Below, piece after piece: positions 38,390-51,628 of a stretch of 64,000 nucleotides of DNA (positions are counted from its first letter, which is position 1; every line of letters begins with the position of its first letter). Both the position numbers and the translations under genes were made by a program. The notes below the pieces were generated by a model. That model ran no database searches. It was given only the letters and a program-made list of their open reading frames with translations, and was not told where the DNA came from. Source of the DNA: Lytechinus pictus (Eukaryota). The stretch spans positions 33,914,001-33,978,000 of the forward strand of contig NC_087246.1 in NCBI RefSeq assembly GCF_037042905.1, given 5' to 3'.

Positions 38390-39320
38390 ATTCAGCAACA
38401 CATAGAAATACCACAGCATGGATTAAGAGACAGGAATAATCCATTTGAATACTACGAGGATGAACCTCTCAGAGTGGGGTACCAACAGAGAGGACCACAC
38501 ATTGCCTGTCATGTTACAGGTTTTGACAGGACTTTGTTTTTATGCCATTGGTGAGTTTTCATGTGCAAACTATAAAGCAGAAGGTAATTGGGGGGGGGGG
38601 GGTCAAATTATGTTCTATGAAAGTGATTCTCCAGGCCAAAAATAATGAGATTTTGATAAAGAACAATTCGACTAGCAAAAACCATCAATATTGGATGGAG
38701 AATTATGAATTGATTCAGTTTTAAAGTTTTACATTACTTGGGGGAAACAGTTCTGTGTATCTCATATGCAATATTCATATCCCCACTTGTTCTCTAGTGA
38801 TCTGAAATTATAATCATTAATTTTTTTCCTCCAGGAATGTAAAAATGGGGTTGACTGCTAATTATATATTTAAGATAGTTATTGCGAGTTCAGAATAATG
38901 TAAGGATCAAGGATTGGAAGTATCTAGTCATGAAAATTAAGTTTTATGTTTTGCTTAGCATGAAGATTTTCCATTGAGTAATTGTCACCAGAGCAAATAT
39001 CATTGAACCCTTGTACATTCATGTGTGGAAAATGTGTGGATGTGACATCATCAGGCTACTTCTTCCATATTCATGATAACATGTACATGTTTTACAGAAA
39101 TAATTAATGCAAAATCTAATATTCATTATTAATCATCCAAATTGTATGATTTTTTTTTTTGCTTTCAGCCAGGAGAACTAGTAACCCCTTACATGGGAGG
39201 GGGAGTGTTGGGGGTATTTCACAGAAAGGTTTTTTGGGGGCCAATCCGGGCCATGTCTACATCAGGAGTCCTGATGGGGAACAAGCCATGTACTTAGCAG
39301 GAAGAACAGGTCTTCTGTAA
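38390..39320 (+). pseudogene. Degenerate Harbinger (HARBI1-like) transposase exons
   Basis: RDRNNPFEYY.. then, frameshifted, LPVMLQVLTGLCFYAIG|GT; later GHVYIRSPDGEQAMY, a decayed DGTH..P..Y motif. Confidence 0.55.
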
Positions 39321-40636
39321 ATGTATAGGTTGGTATACTCAATCAGTTTTCAATGTGATATTCTCTGTATTCAACATCTACTAGAGGTATGTGATAATGA
39401 AGAAAAAATATATTGGCCCCTACTACATGTCTTTTACTGTCTTTTATCAAGTTTCAATCTTGTTGTTGGTCAAATTTTTTTGTAATTTTAAACTCTTAAT
39501 ATGTGAAATAAGACAATTTTAAAGATTTCACTGAAGAAAAAAAATATAGATAATCTGCTAACTTTCCTATTGCAGGAGAAATGAAAAATAGAAAAAATGC
39601 ATTTTGCTTATTCAGGTAAAGGAGGTATTAATTGCTTGATCAATGAAGATATATTTCCAGAAAGAATACCGAAGAGAAAATTTTCTAATATTCATTTTGT
39701 TTTGATCCTTATTGCAGGTATCCGTTGCTCCCCTCTTTGATGAATTCCTGCCTGCATTCTGTTGTCAATAGAAAAGGACGGTGTGCTACGGGTATTAAGC
39801 ATTCCATTGGATTATCTGTGCATGAAAGTGGACACTTGTGATAAAAATATGGTAGCTTGGTTGATAGGATGTATTCATGCATTCCGATTTATCATTAGTG
39901 ATCAAATGACCATTTTGCTTTTTAAAACCCAAATTCACAACATTTTTCTTGTTTGACAAAAAGTTTGGGACGTGAATTCCAGGATATAAATGACACACAT
40001 GATGGGCTAATGTACAAGCAGGGACACGAGAGGTATAAGCAACATTTTTTTTGCTTAATTAAGTTTGGCATGAGATGGACTTGGTCTTTTTTATGATTCA
40101 AGTCGATTTTATACCAAGTTTGTTTTAATCAACAATCAATGTTTGAAGCCTCATGATTTCAATTTTAAAACCTCTTTGTTAATTAAACAGTCATTTTTCT
40201 TAGCATATGCAGATTCTTAATTTATCAAATTTAAATTATAAAATGTCATTTTTGCTGAATATCCTTTTTTCCACCTATTTTCATAGACCCTAAGATACAT
40301 TTCTGTAGTAAGCACTATAAATACATTGCAAGCTATTATCATTTGTTTGATATTACTATTTTATAGAATCATCCTTTAATTTCTTTCAGAAATATATTTG
40401 ACAAATTACTTGTGATATTCATGCTTTAGCTGTAGAGTTTAAAATCTTCATTAAACTTTTTTTAATCCATTGTTTATCTATTTTTATTCAGAGTTTCTGA
40501 TGCATTGTTAAGAAAACGTAAACAGTCTATTCAATCTTCGTATCATTATGTAAAGAATATAAATCTACCTTAAAAAGTAATGCACTAAATAAACTGCTCT
40601 GTCTACTACACATGTACATATAAGTTTTGATTTTAA

Positions 40637-41208
40637 AGGTCAAGTCCTCCCCAGAAAAAATTCGATTTGAATTAATAGAAAAAAATCAACCGAGCATAAT
40701 GCTGAAAATTTCATCAAAATCGGTTGTAAAATAGGAACGTTATGACATTTTTAGATTTGGCTTATTTTTCACAACACAGTTATATGCACAGATCAGTGAC
40801 ATGCAAATGAGACAGTCAATGACGTCCTTCACTATTTCTTTTGTTTTTGTTGCTTGAATTGTACAATATTTCATTTTTTACAGATTTGACATTGAGGGCC
40901 AACTTGATTGAACCAAAATTATAGTATTAAAATAATGCAAATCCCACATGTTCGGGGGGGGGGGGGGGGGGGACTAATCTTGGTTTCACTTGACAATGAA
41001 GAGAAAATTTGAATATTTCATCTAGTAGAATAAAAAGAAATAGTTTGCATGCCGACTGGGATGTACATATAAGTGTGTGGTCAAGCAAAACTTTAAAAAT
41101 GTCATAATTTAATATCTTTACATCAGATTTTGATGAAATTTTCAGTGTTACGCTTGTTGGGTTTTTCTCTTTTTATTCAAATCAACTTTGTGGGGGTGGA
41201 CTTGTCCT
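40637..41208. mobile_element. Kolobok-like MITE nested in the Harbinger element
   Basis: TTAA|AGGTCAAGTCC...GGACTTGTCCT|TTTA; homologous to 18874-19472. Confidence 0.75.
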
Positions 41209-44200
41209 TTTATATCGTTTTCAAGTAATTGTGTCAGGAGAAAACAAAAATGAAATTCTTTTATCAATTCTGTCCATATGCTGCATGGTTCATCGTTCTT
41301 GCAGGAGGCAAAAAATAAATTTATATAAGAAAGACTTATTTTATTTACTTTCAGATAAAAATTGTGCTAAGGAGAGATTAAGGTTATGTGTAAGGCAGGG
41401 GTGGTGGTAATGGTATGTTGGTTAAGGTTGTTTATGAAGAAAGTCAAGTGATTTCTTGCTTGTGCAGGAGGATATACTTCAAGAAACTTGTTGTAGGGTA
41501 TAATGCAAAATTATAATAGAATTTAATTGAGAGAAAAGTATTTGGCACGTTAAGATGCACAATAATGTACATGTGATTGAAGCAAATGAGAAATGAAAGG
41601 AGTAAAGGTAGCTACATGTGTCAATGAGAGAATGGCCAGTGGTGTTATAGCATAAATCTTTGTTTAAAAGTTATTTTATTTTAGGAAATTTAGTCCGTTC
41701 AGTTTGAAAGTATAGAGGGAGGACCACTGACCATGGAAAAAAGTCCCCCCCCCCCCCCCCCCTCCAAAAAAAAAAAAAAAAAAAAAAAAATATTATAACC
41801 AAGGAAAAAAAAGAAAGGTAAAACACATTTGTTCTGAATATTATGTCAAATCTATCACAAAATTGGATATTTGATACTAAAATTTTGGATATTTTTCCTT
41901 GCTCGCAATTTTTTATTTTACCCGATACGCCATATATTTAGCCCCCTCAAAATTGTGGGCCTAATACGTACGCCACTGATATTTCCCCAATTTCAAATAT
42001 ATTATTATGATTGGGTGGAATACCCTTTACACTTATCCAGGGTTGATAAGTCTTTATTTTTCTGATAAGGAAAATACTGCAAGCATGGTGAATAGCTTGA
42101 CCCCCCCCCCCCCCCTCCAAAGCAAACTGGAGTATATAGGTTAAGGTTGGGAATAATGCGATTGCAAGAGTGACCAGTGAGTGTGGAGGAGCTACTAATG
42201 AGTATCTCAGCTCCTTTTAGAGATGTTGGTAGAACTGACGTATGGAATAGGGAGGGGGGGGGGGCTAGGGGCTCTTGCCCCCCCCCAAAAAAAAAAAAAA
42301 TATTTTTTTGATATTATGTGAAAATCTAACACAAACTAGGATTTTAATGTCAATTTTGAAAAAATTTTGCTCGCTTAATTTTTTTTTTTTAAATCAATTT
42401 ATCGAGATACACCATATAAAAAGACGAGAATAAACAAATGAATTGAAAATATTACTTCGAATGGGAAAGTCAATTCTGAGGGAAAGGAAAAGAGGCACGC
42501 TTGTGGACGCGAGATCAGATCAAGGTCATGTCGCTTCGCCCCACGCGACGCTGGCCCCACCATTTACCAAGTCCAAGTACATAACCCAAACAAAGATTCA
42601 ATTCCATATTTCCATTTTCTATCAAAGCTAGCTCCGGGTAAAGTTCCACCGGACTTCGATAAGGTAGGTAGGATTATACAATCAGATTGGTTATGATTTA
42701 ATTCAAACAAATGTGCACTTGATCTAGATGTAATTGGCGTGTAACGTTAGATTTATTTTTCCGTAGATCTAAGTAACTTCCTCAGGCCTAAAACGCAGTT
42801 ACGGCACGCTATTATAGGCCTAGATCCACGTCTAACTGCACTGTAATACGATGGCGATCGATCTGGACTTCATATTAGACCAAAAAGGCAAAAAAAAACA
42901 AAAAAACTTTGGTCTCTGTCATTGTTCCGCTGGACTCCGTTGCCTCCACTAACCAATTGAGAAATAAGAAATTGAAAAAAAATGTGTAAAACCCCCTCGA
43001 AAAAGCCGGCTGCATGCTGCGCGCAGCTGTCTAAAAAGGTTAAAACTTCATCACGTTGCAGTGCACCTACCGCACGGTTCCGTACATTGACGGAGTTTGA
43101 ACTTCTCGATACGCTATACGGTATACGGTACGATGCTGCAGGCGCAGTCGAGCTAGCTCGCACGCAGGCAGCACTAACGTTAGTCCGAACCTAAGTTGGT
43201 AAATATTAACAAATAAGTAATGACAATGTTCGTTGTCAACACCTCATTGCTAAGAAATTCAAGTTCATGCTGCTGATACATGATTTTGGGGTTGAGTTCT
43301 GCTTCCTAACTCATGTGATGCAATGGCGACATTTCATATGGCCCTAGCAGACGAAACTCTCAAATACGACACTGAGCATGCTCAGTACTGCTTTATTACA
43401 CTGAGCATGCTCAGTGCAGTGTTATAATAGTATGCTAGCTTCAGTCCATGATTTAATCCATGGACTAAAGTTATGACCGGGGTATAACTCAGCCGTGGGT
43501 TAAATTTAGCACCGGGTGCTAAAGTTAGTCCATGGATTAGTTAGTCCACCGTTTGTGAATAGCGCGGTGGACTAACTTTATACCCCGGTATTAGTTAACC
43601 CCCGACTAAATTTAACCCCGGTATAACTTTAGTCGACCTTTGTGAATTCGGGCCATTGTGATTACTATTTACTAGTTTCCCTAATAGTGTCTAATATTCA
43701 CAAATCGATATAATTATGTTTGAATTGAATGCGAAAGAAGTAGGAGTGTGTGACATCATCAAATTTCTTTCTCATTTGCATATTACCCTATTGTACATAT
43801 TAATTCTTATGTTGAAAATCAGTTTAGAAAAGTGGTACCGCTTTTATTGTACACCGTTTTGGGTGAAATTGTTGGTGTTGTGCTGACGTGATTTTTTTAT
43901 TTTTATTCAAATAACGGAGTATAGACTTCTCCTTTAAGTTCCGAAGTTTGGCAAAACAAGGACGGTTGATAATAATTACTCAAAGAGAGTCAATGATTAT
44001 TTTCCCTTGGGCGAATGTCCGCCGACTCCTCAAACGTATCATTAGATTCACTTTTTCTTCAGAGAACAAAATACAGATGGTCAGTTAACATGTCTTATCA
44101 GCTGGTAGGCTGAAACGACATAACATCCTAAACCACACTCACACACATACCACGTACATATTATATGCTTACAGTGCGTCTCAGAAAAAATAAATCGCGT

Positions 44201-46505
44201 TGTCAGAGTTTTCCAGTAGAGACGACCGGTTGTTTTTTGGCTATCGCGGAGTATTTTTTTACAGGGACAAGACAACATGGGACGACCTAAGAGTGATGTA
44301 ATTACAGTAATTTTATTTTACTCTCAAGAATAATAGGGAATTTGTAATATATATAGGCAAACGAGATGCGAGGCCTATATTATGATTGTAAAATACTCCT
44401 GGTTCGTTAGTAGTTACTACAGTAACACTTTATTTGGGCTCTTTATTTCCAAATGAGAGGAGATTTAGAATGACATAATACTTCTTGCATTCTGCCATGC
44501 AAGCACAATTTGCTGATTGTTTTCAGAATAAGGATTTACTCTCATTTCGTTGTCGAATATAGTTCGATCAAAATTTATTTGATGATTGTGAATCTAGGTT
44601 CTGAAAAACGGGTTACCTTTTGCTGGGATGCAATGTATCACACTTCCGTCTCTCGGTCGATTGAACAGGAGGAGAGAAGGGGAAACAGGCTGGACGGAAA
44701 ACATCTGCCGCCTTTCTTGGTCCATCAACGGCACCAAACCAGTCCAATGTCCATATCATAAAATTATTATCGCTTTTGATTTGGTTGTTATTTTTTGAAG
44801 GGAGGGAAGGATTTTTTTTCTAATCAGTCCGTTTGGAGTTCATATTGTGGAAACCCAAAGAAAAGACTTGATGAAGACCCTAATTAAACAGGTTTTGCTT
44901 GGCTATAAAAATGTTTCCACACCTCTTTTCCTGCAGTTTTCTCTCCATTCTTCAGTGCTTTACGTCTTTAATTTAAAAAATACATCAAACACGTTGCTGT
45001 TTTTAACAAACCATTCAATGATAGAAACAAGCGATCAGAGCATAAAATGAAAGAGAGAATAAAACAAATGAAAGGGACGAGCGAGAAATACATGTAAGCA
45101 CGAGACATAAATTTTGATGTTCACTTGTTTTTTTACTTTTTATTTATTTTTAAAGAAATCATGAGTATATGACCAAAGTAACAGCTGCAAGATTATTGGG
45201 GGAAAAATCATGTCGATAGGAGGGCATTCTGTGAAAACCTCCAATTTCTATTTCTTTGTCAAGAAAGCAAAATGGAAAATAGAAAGTGTCATATTTGAAT
45301 TTCTTCCACCCTCTAAAAACCTAAGAAGAATAAACAAAATGAAAAAAGGGCTTTGTATTTCTAATACATATCATTTTTTTTTATCTACGTTCACCTTTAC
45401 AATAGTCTGAAAAGGGATTCAGACTTCAGAGGTATTAGTTTTTGTTTTAGAATTATATTTTATTTCTTCCTCATCATATAAAACAATGTACATGTGTATG
45501 CCTATAATCTATATTGTATAACATGAAATTATTAACATATTGGTTATTGGTTCCACATTTACAAATAATCAACCTTTTAACATTTTTAACTCTATGTAAA
45601 CTGAGACTCAATCTATGGACATTTTTTTTTGACAATTTATATTCACAAATTAAGGGAATATAGAAATACAGAAAACAAAAAATCTTCAAGAAATATCTAT
45701 GAACAGAATTGTAAAAAAACGTAAACATACATGCATAATATAGGCCTATTCTAGATAAGTTGAACATGATTTTTTTAATTTCATGTACAATATCAGTCAA
45801 TCAAAATAGTATGAGGAATTCATAATAAAAAGACACAACAAATATAAAAAGATAATCACATTATCACACTCGGCAAAGCTTCACAAGTTTACCCCCCCCC
45901 CTCCCCCACCGAAACGATACATACGGTATATCAAAAGGAGTGAAAGGCCGGGGATGGGGGAAAAATGTGAAATGAAATGATCGCGATCGAGCTAGCTGCC
46001 TTCAGTTTTCATGTACATATTTTCAATGTCGCTCACTAACACCGGTCATTTGACCTTAGCTGCATGAGGGAGGAATATATTTTGGTAAGGATCAAGATTA
46101 TGACTAGATTGTTCGATCAAAGAGATTCAGCTCCTTGCATTGGTTGATTATTTGTACCAAGTCGCGTGCCGCTATTATTTTATTCATCCGTGGCTTATGT
46201 CTGCTTTGGGCGCATGAACGTCGCTATGTACCCTTTAGCTGTAGTGTCTTTGCTATGCGCTACGTACCGGTCACGGCATGCAGTGCTAGTGTCGCTAGCG
46301 CGGCATACGTACGCACAGACAGCAGCTGGCGAGGCGTAGCGGCAAAATGCAACTGAGTTCCGCGGCTCCGCAAATTTTCAATAATTCGATTTTTAACATT
46401 CGATTTTTTTCTTTGTTGGGCATGATCGAAGATCGGCAAGTGATTGCCGATTGTGGTGAAATCGAATGGAATCGGTTGCCGATTGCAAAATCGGTTACAA
46501 GCTTA

Positions 46506-48085
46506 GACACAACCTTCTTCTGCGCAGTACTCCATGCAGCCAAACCCAATCACTCTCAGCAAATCTTCTTTGGGAAAGTATTACGATCATAAGATTTAGC
46601 CTGCTTTTCAGCAGCTAACTCCAGTTTCTCTCTAGCCATTTGATGTGCATCTCTAATTCTATCTCGAAGTTACTCGGAATAATCCGTTTCTCTCTTTCTT
46701 CCTGTCCTTCTCCTGTACCTCCTCTTTCTTCTTTTCCTTCCTGTCCTCTCCTTCACGCTTTCTTTCCTTCCTTTCATCTTTATCTTCCTTCCTTTCCTTG
46801 CTCTCCCTTTCTGTCTTCTTTTCTTCCTCCCACTTGTCCCTTCTCCTCTCTCCTTCACGCTTCCTCAGGTGTCCCGCCGTCGCTGCAGTGTAGTTTATAT
46901 ACTTCGCCTCTTGTTTCCTACTATTGTGCATCCTCCCAAAATGCCTGGTCATCTCCGACCTCCCCTCTGTCTCATATGAGCAATACGTGCATCTGAGGGT
47001 CATGGTGGCCTCGTGCTCCTGCATGTGTTGCTGGTACTTGTATCCCTTGATACTCTTTTTACAAATGTGACAGTACAAATAAGGCATCTGCAGTGAAGAA
47101 AAGAAAACACAGGTAGTTGTCATAAGTGCAGGTTAACCGTTAGACCTTATGAGCTTGATCTTTGTATCTTTTTGGCATCACCATTTTCCTAGCAGGGTTT
47201 CTCCTTCCTGGATTAGACATAAACCAATTTTTCAGTTTAGGACCAGTGTAGGCTTTCAAGCGGTCAATGTGAATCACTTTGGGCTTACACGTAGCTGATT
47301 GCTGTATGCGGTGCATAACATCTGACTATCTATCAATAAACATATATGGCCCACTCCATTTATACCGTCCATCAACTTTGGACACACCCTTCTTCTGCGC
47401 TGTACTCCATGCAGCCAAACCCAATCACCCTCAGCAAATCTTCTTGGGAAAGTATTACGATCATAAGATATAGCCTGCTTTTCAGCAGCTAACTCAAGTT
47501 TCTCTCTAGCCATTTCATGTGCATCTCTAATTCTATCTCGAGGTTGCTCGGAATAATCCGTTTCTCTTTTCCTGTCCTTCTCCTCTACCTCCTCTTTCTT
47601 CTTTTCCTTCCTGTCCTCTCCTCCACGCTTTCTTTCCTTCCTGTCATCTTTATCTTCTTTCCTTTCCTTGCTCTCCCTTTCTGTCTTCTTTTCTTCCTCC
47701 CACTTGTGCCTTCTCCTCTCTCCTTCACGCTTCCTCAGGTGTCCCGTCGTCGCTGCAGTGTAGTTTATATACTTTGCCTCTTGTTTTCTACTATTGTGCA
47801 TCCTCCCGAAATGCCTGGTCATCTCCGATCTCCCCTCTGTCTCATATGAGCAATACGTGCATCTGAGGGTCACGGTGGCCTCGTGCTCCTGCATGTGTTG
47901 CTGGTACTTGTACCCCTTGATACTCTTTTTACAAATGTGACAGTACAAATAAGACATTTGCAGTGAAGAAAAGAAAACACAGGTAGTTGTAATAAATAGA
48001 TGCAGGTTAACCGTTAGTCCTTATGAGCTTAATCTTTATATCTATTTGGCATCACCCTTTTCCTAGCAGGGTTTCTCCTTCCTGG
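46506..48085 (-). repeat. Tandem array, segment 3 (integrase tail + C2H2 units); ends abruptly at 48085
   Basis: Zinc-finger starts at 47087 and 47957; ORF 47274-47957 is an in-frame ZnF-integrase-tail fusion. Confidence 0.9.
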
Positions 48086-48119
48086 TCATGAATCTTTGAG
48101 GTATTGCCTCCCATTTCCA

Positions 48120-48546
48120 CCAAACTTTTCACGTAAAGCTTCATTAGATCTACCAACTTGAATGCAGTACAGCTGACATCTATGTGCTTCTTTTTTCATG
48201 GTGGACATCTTGAATTTCAAAATGCCATTAGACCAGATGATATTGCTGGGGCAGGTAATTTTTGAAAACCCCTTGCCATGGTTTCTTGTAAAACTGAAGA
48301 AAATTATTTTGCCTGGTGGCCATCATGGATTTCTAGATAGTGGCTGTCCCACTGGGTACTATAGAATCCTCATATAGTAATCACAGATATATCGCTTCTG
48401 TAACTTGCTGTCACCGTTCCTTTACGGTATCCTTCTTGACACGCATAGCACAGAATATGTTGTCTCTTTCAAAGAATGATTTGATTTCTTTACATCTTGT
48501 GGATTCATCCAGACCAGCTTTGTTTTTGCCTTTGACTCTGAAGATC
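48120..48546 (-). pseudogene. Decayed transposase-like fragment (Sola2-like N-terminal motif, tentative)
   Basis: KEIKSFFERDNI...KKDTVK followed by stops; interrupted by the 48551-51628 element. Confidence 0.3.
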
Positions 48547-48550
48547 ATAT

Positions 48551-51500
48551 GGGCATTTTCACGGTAACTGATGTTACACGGCACAATTTTACAAGGGTGA
48601 AATTGCCCTGTCCGCGGCGGTCTGCCCATGGATGCTCAAGATGATGGCGCCAATTGCGGTACCCCTGTAACGGAAAAATGCAAGTTACAGGTGCAGGCCC
48701 GAAGGGCTGATATCACTGAAGGAATGGATGTTTTTCAGGTAACATTTTCGGTCAATACTTCTGGTTGCGTAATACTTTATCACTTGACAGACAATCTCCT
48801 CAGTCCCACCGGGCCGCTGGAATTCCTGAGGTCTGGTGGACGTGAAGTTGGCCCTTTGATTGTGGGGTCACTGGATGGTAGAAAAGGGGGGAACCTAGCG
48901 CCATGCACGTCCAACATCAGTTCTCTAAAAGGTCACTCCAGCCTGAAATGGGGTAATGGAGACGTAAGTTTAGTTAATTCAGGTTAGTGACATAACATCT
49001 AGACTTTTAGGGTCTATTTCTAGATCTAGGCCTAACGTTGGAAATAGACTAGGCCCTGGCTACATGTAGATTTATCCAGGTCTAGATTCGACTAGGCCTA
49101 GATCTATATCAATTTAACCGATGCCTGATTTCTAGTGTGCAGGCAGTGGACCGTAGCTCATCAGCGAAGCCAATTAAGAAGATCTAGTCTAGAATTTAAA
49201 GGCATAGATTCTAGACTGATGCCGATGGGGGAGGGGATGGGGTAATGTTTAATATGTTACCCGAATTTCATCATTCCTACCTGTGCGAAAGTGACTCCCC
49301 TAAAGGGATCGTTTTCTACAACCGTTGCAGTCTCTTTGACCCCGTCTCCACGCATGTGGACGACGAGGTCCCCTTTTTGGAGAAACTTGGGATGTGATAT
49401 CATATTATCCCAGTTGGCCCTTTTCACTTTAACGTGCCTCCTTATCTCTACATCTCGGGTGTCCGTCTTGGGTATGACATCCACCGCTTGCTTGCCATAA
49501 CCGTCCCACCTGTGGGGGTGAAATTAGCTTTAAGCAAACTCCCATCATTTGTTGTTGATGGGGGAGGGGGTGGGGTAATGTTTAATATGTTATCTGAATT
49601 TCATCATTCCTTCCTGTGCGAAAGTGACTCCCCTAAAGGGATCGTTTTCTACAACCGTTGCAGTCTCTTTGACCCCGTCTCCACGCATGTGGACGACGAG
49701 GTCCCCTTTTTGGAGAAACTTGGGATGTGATATCATATTATCCCAGTTGGCCCTTTTCACTTTAACGTGCCTCCTTATCTCTACATCTCGGGTGTCCGTC
49801 TTGGGTATGACATCCACCGCTTGCTTGCCATAACCGTCCCACCTGTGGGGGTGAAATTAGCTTTAAGCAAACTCCCATCATTTGTTGTTGATGGGGGAGG
49901 GGGTGGGGTAATGTTTAATATGTTATCTGAATTTCATCATTCCTACCTGTGCGAAAATGACTCCCCTTAAGGGATCGTTTTCTACAACCGTTGCAGTCTC
50001 TTTGACCCCGTCTCCTCGCATGTGTACGACGAGGTCCCCTTTTTGGAGAAACTTGGAATGTGATATCATATTATCCCAGTTGGCCCTGTTCACTTAAACG
50101 TGCCTCCTTATCTCTACATCTCTGGTGTCCGTCTTGGGTATGACATCCACCGCTTGCTTGCCATAACCGTCCCACCTGTGGGGGTGAAATTAGCTTTAAG
50201 CAAACTCCCATCATTTGTTGTTGATGGGGGAGGGGGTGGGGTAATGTTTAATATGTTATCTGAATTTCATCATTCCTACCTGTGCGAAAGTGACTCCCCT
50301 AAAGGGATCGTTTTCTACAACCATTGCAGTCTCTTTGACCCCGTCTCCACGCATGTGGACGACGAGGTCCCCTTTTTGGAGAAACTTGGGATGTGATATC
50401 ATATTATCCCAGTTGGCCCTTTTCACTTTAACGTGCCTCCTTATCTCTACATCTCGGGTGTCCGTCTTGGGTATGACATCCACCGCTTGCTTGCCATAAC
50501 CGTCCCACCTGTGGGGGTGAAATTAGCTTTAAGCAAACTCCCATCATTTGTTGTTGATGGGGGAGGGGGTGGGGTAATGTTTAATATGTTATCTGAATTT
50601 CATCATTCCTACCTGTGCGAAAATGACTCCCCTTAAGGGATCGTTTTCTACAACCGTTGCAGTCTCTTTGACCCCGTCTCCTCGCATGTGTACGACGAGG
50701 TCCCCTTTTTGGAGAAACTTGGAATGTGATATCATATTATCCCAGTTGGCCCTGTTCACTTAAACGTGCCTCCTTATCTCTACATCTCTGGTGTCCGTCT
50801 TGGGTATGACATCCACCGCTTGCTTGCCATAACCGTCCCACCTGTGGGGGTGAAATGAGCTTTAAGCAAACTCCCATCATTTGTTGTTGATGGGGGAGGG
50901 GGTGGGGTAATGTTTAATATGTTATCTGAATTTCATCATTCCTACCTGTGCGAAAATGACTCCCCTTAAGGGATCGTTTTCTACAACCGTTGCAGTCTCT
51001 TTGACCCCGTCTCCTCGCATGTGTACGACGAGGTCCCCTTTTTGGAGAAACTTGGAATGTGATATCATATTATCCCAGTTGGCCCTGTTCACTTAAACGT
51101 GCCTCCTTATCTCTACATCTCTGGTGTCCGTCTTGGGTATGACATCCACCGCTTGCTTGCCATAACCGTCCCACCTGTGGGGGTGAAATTAGCTTTAAGC
51201 AAACTCCCATCATTTGTTGTTGATGGGGGAGGGGGTGGGGTAATGTTTAATATGTTATCTGAATTTCATCATTCCTACCTGTGCGTAAATGACTCCCCTT
51301 AAGGGATCGTTTTCTACAACCGTTGCAGTCTCTTTGACCCCGTCTCCACGCATGTGGACGACGAGGTCCCCTTTTTGGAGAAACCTGGGATGTGATATCA
51401 TATTATCCCAGTTGGCCCTGTTCTCTTAAACGTGCCTCCTTATCTCTACATCTCGGGTGTCCGTCTTGGGTATGACATCCACCGCTTGCTTGCCATAACT

Positions 51501-51628
51501 GTCCCACCTTTGGGGGTGAAATTAGCTTTAAGCAAACTCCCATCATTTGTTGTTTCAGAGATAATCATACACACAATGAAAAGTGTGTAAAATTGTGCCG
51601 TGTAACGTCAGTTACCGTGAAAATGCCC
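48551..51628. mobile_element. Non-autonomous TIR element (3.1 kb) carrying a 333-bp array
   Basis: 43-bp TIR with 1 mismatch (GGGCATTTTCACGGTAACTGAYGTTACACGGCACAATTTTACA; 48551-48593 / 51586-51628), flanked by ATAT on both sides. Confidence 0.85.
49224..51553. repeat. Tandem array 7 x 333 bp, near-identical, two sequence variants
   Basis: GATGGGGGAGGGG recurs at 49224, 49557, 49890, 50223, 50556, 50889 and 51222. Confidence 0.95.

Larger units (their letters stand above)
35889..43654. mobile_element. PIF/Harbinger element, 7,766 bp, with decayed coding sequence
   Basis: Perfect 35-bp TIR GGCCCGAATTCACAAAGGTCGACTAAAGTTATACC, 3-bp TSD ATT (35886-35888, 43655-43657), many subterminal GACTAAAGTT motifs. 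Confidence 0.9.
35629..43933. mobile_element. Old Kolobok-like MITE split by the Harbinger insertion (halves 35629-35888 and 43655-43933)
   Basis: TTAA|AGGAATAATTCCACCCC at the left and GACTTCTCCT|TTAA at the right; the internal sequence resembles 18874-19472. Confidence 0.6.
27814..46505 (-). mobile_element. hAT DNA transposon, 18,692 bp including nested inserts
   Basis: Perfect 8-bp TSD GACACAAC (27806-27813, 46506-46513), imperfect short TIR TAATGTTGTAA/TAAGCTTGTAA, AATCG subterminal repeats at both ends, internal hAT transposase. Confidence 0.92.

Noticed and set aside
49434-51302. 333-bp units as one continuous 111-aa repeat protein
   Set aside because: The frames examined have at least one stop per unit, and the ORF track shows no ORF spanning units.
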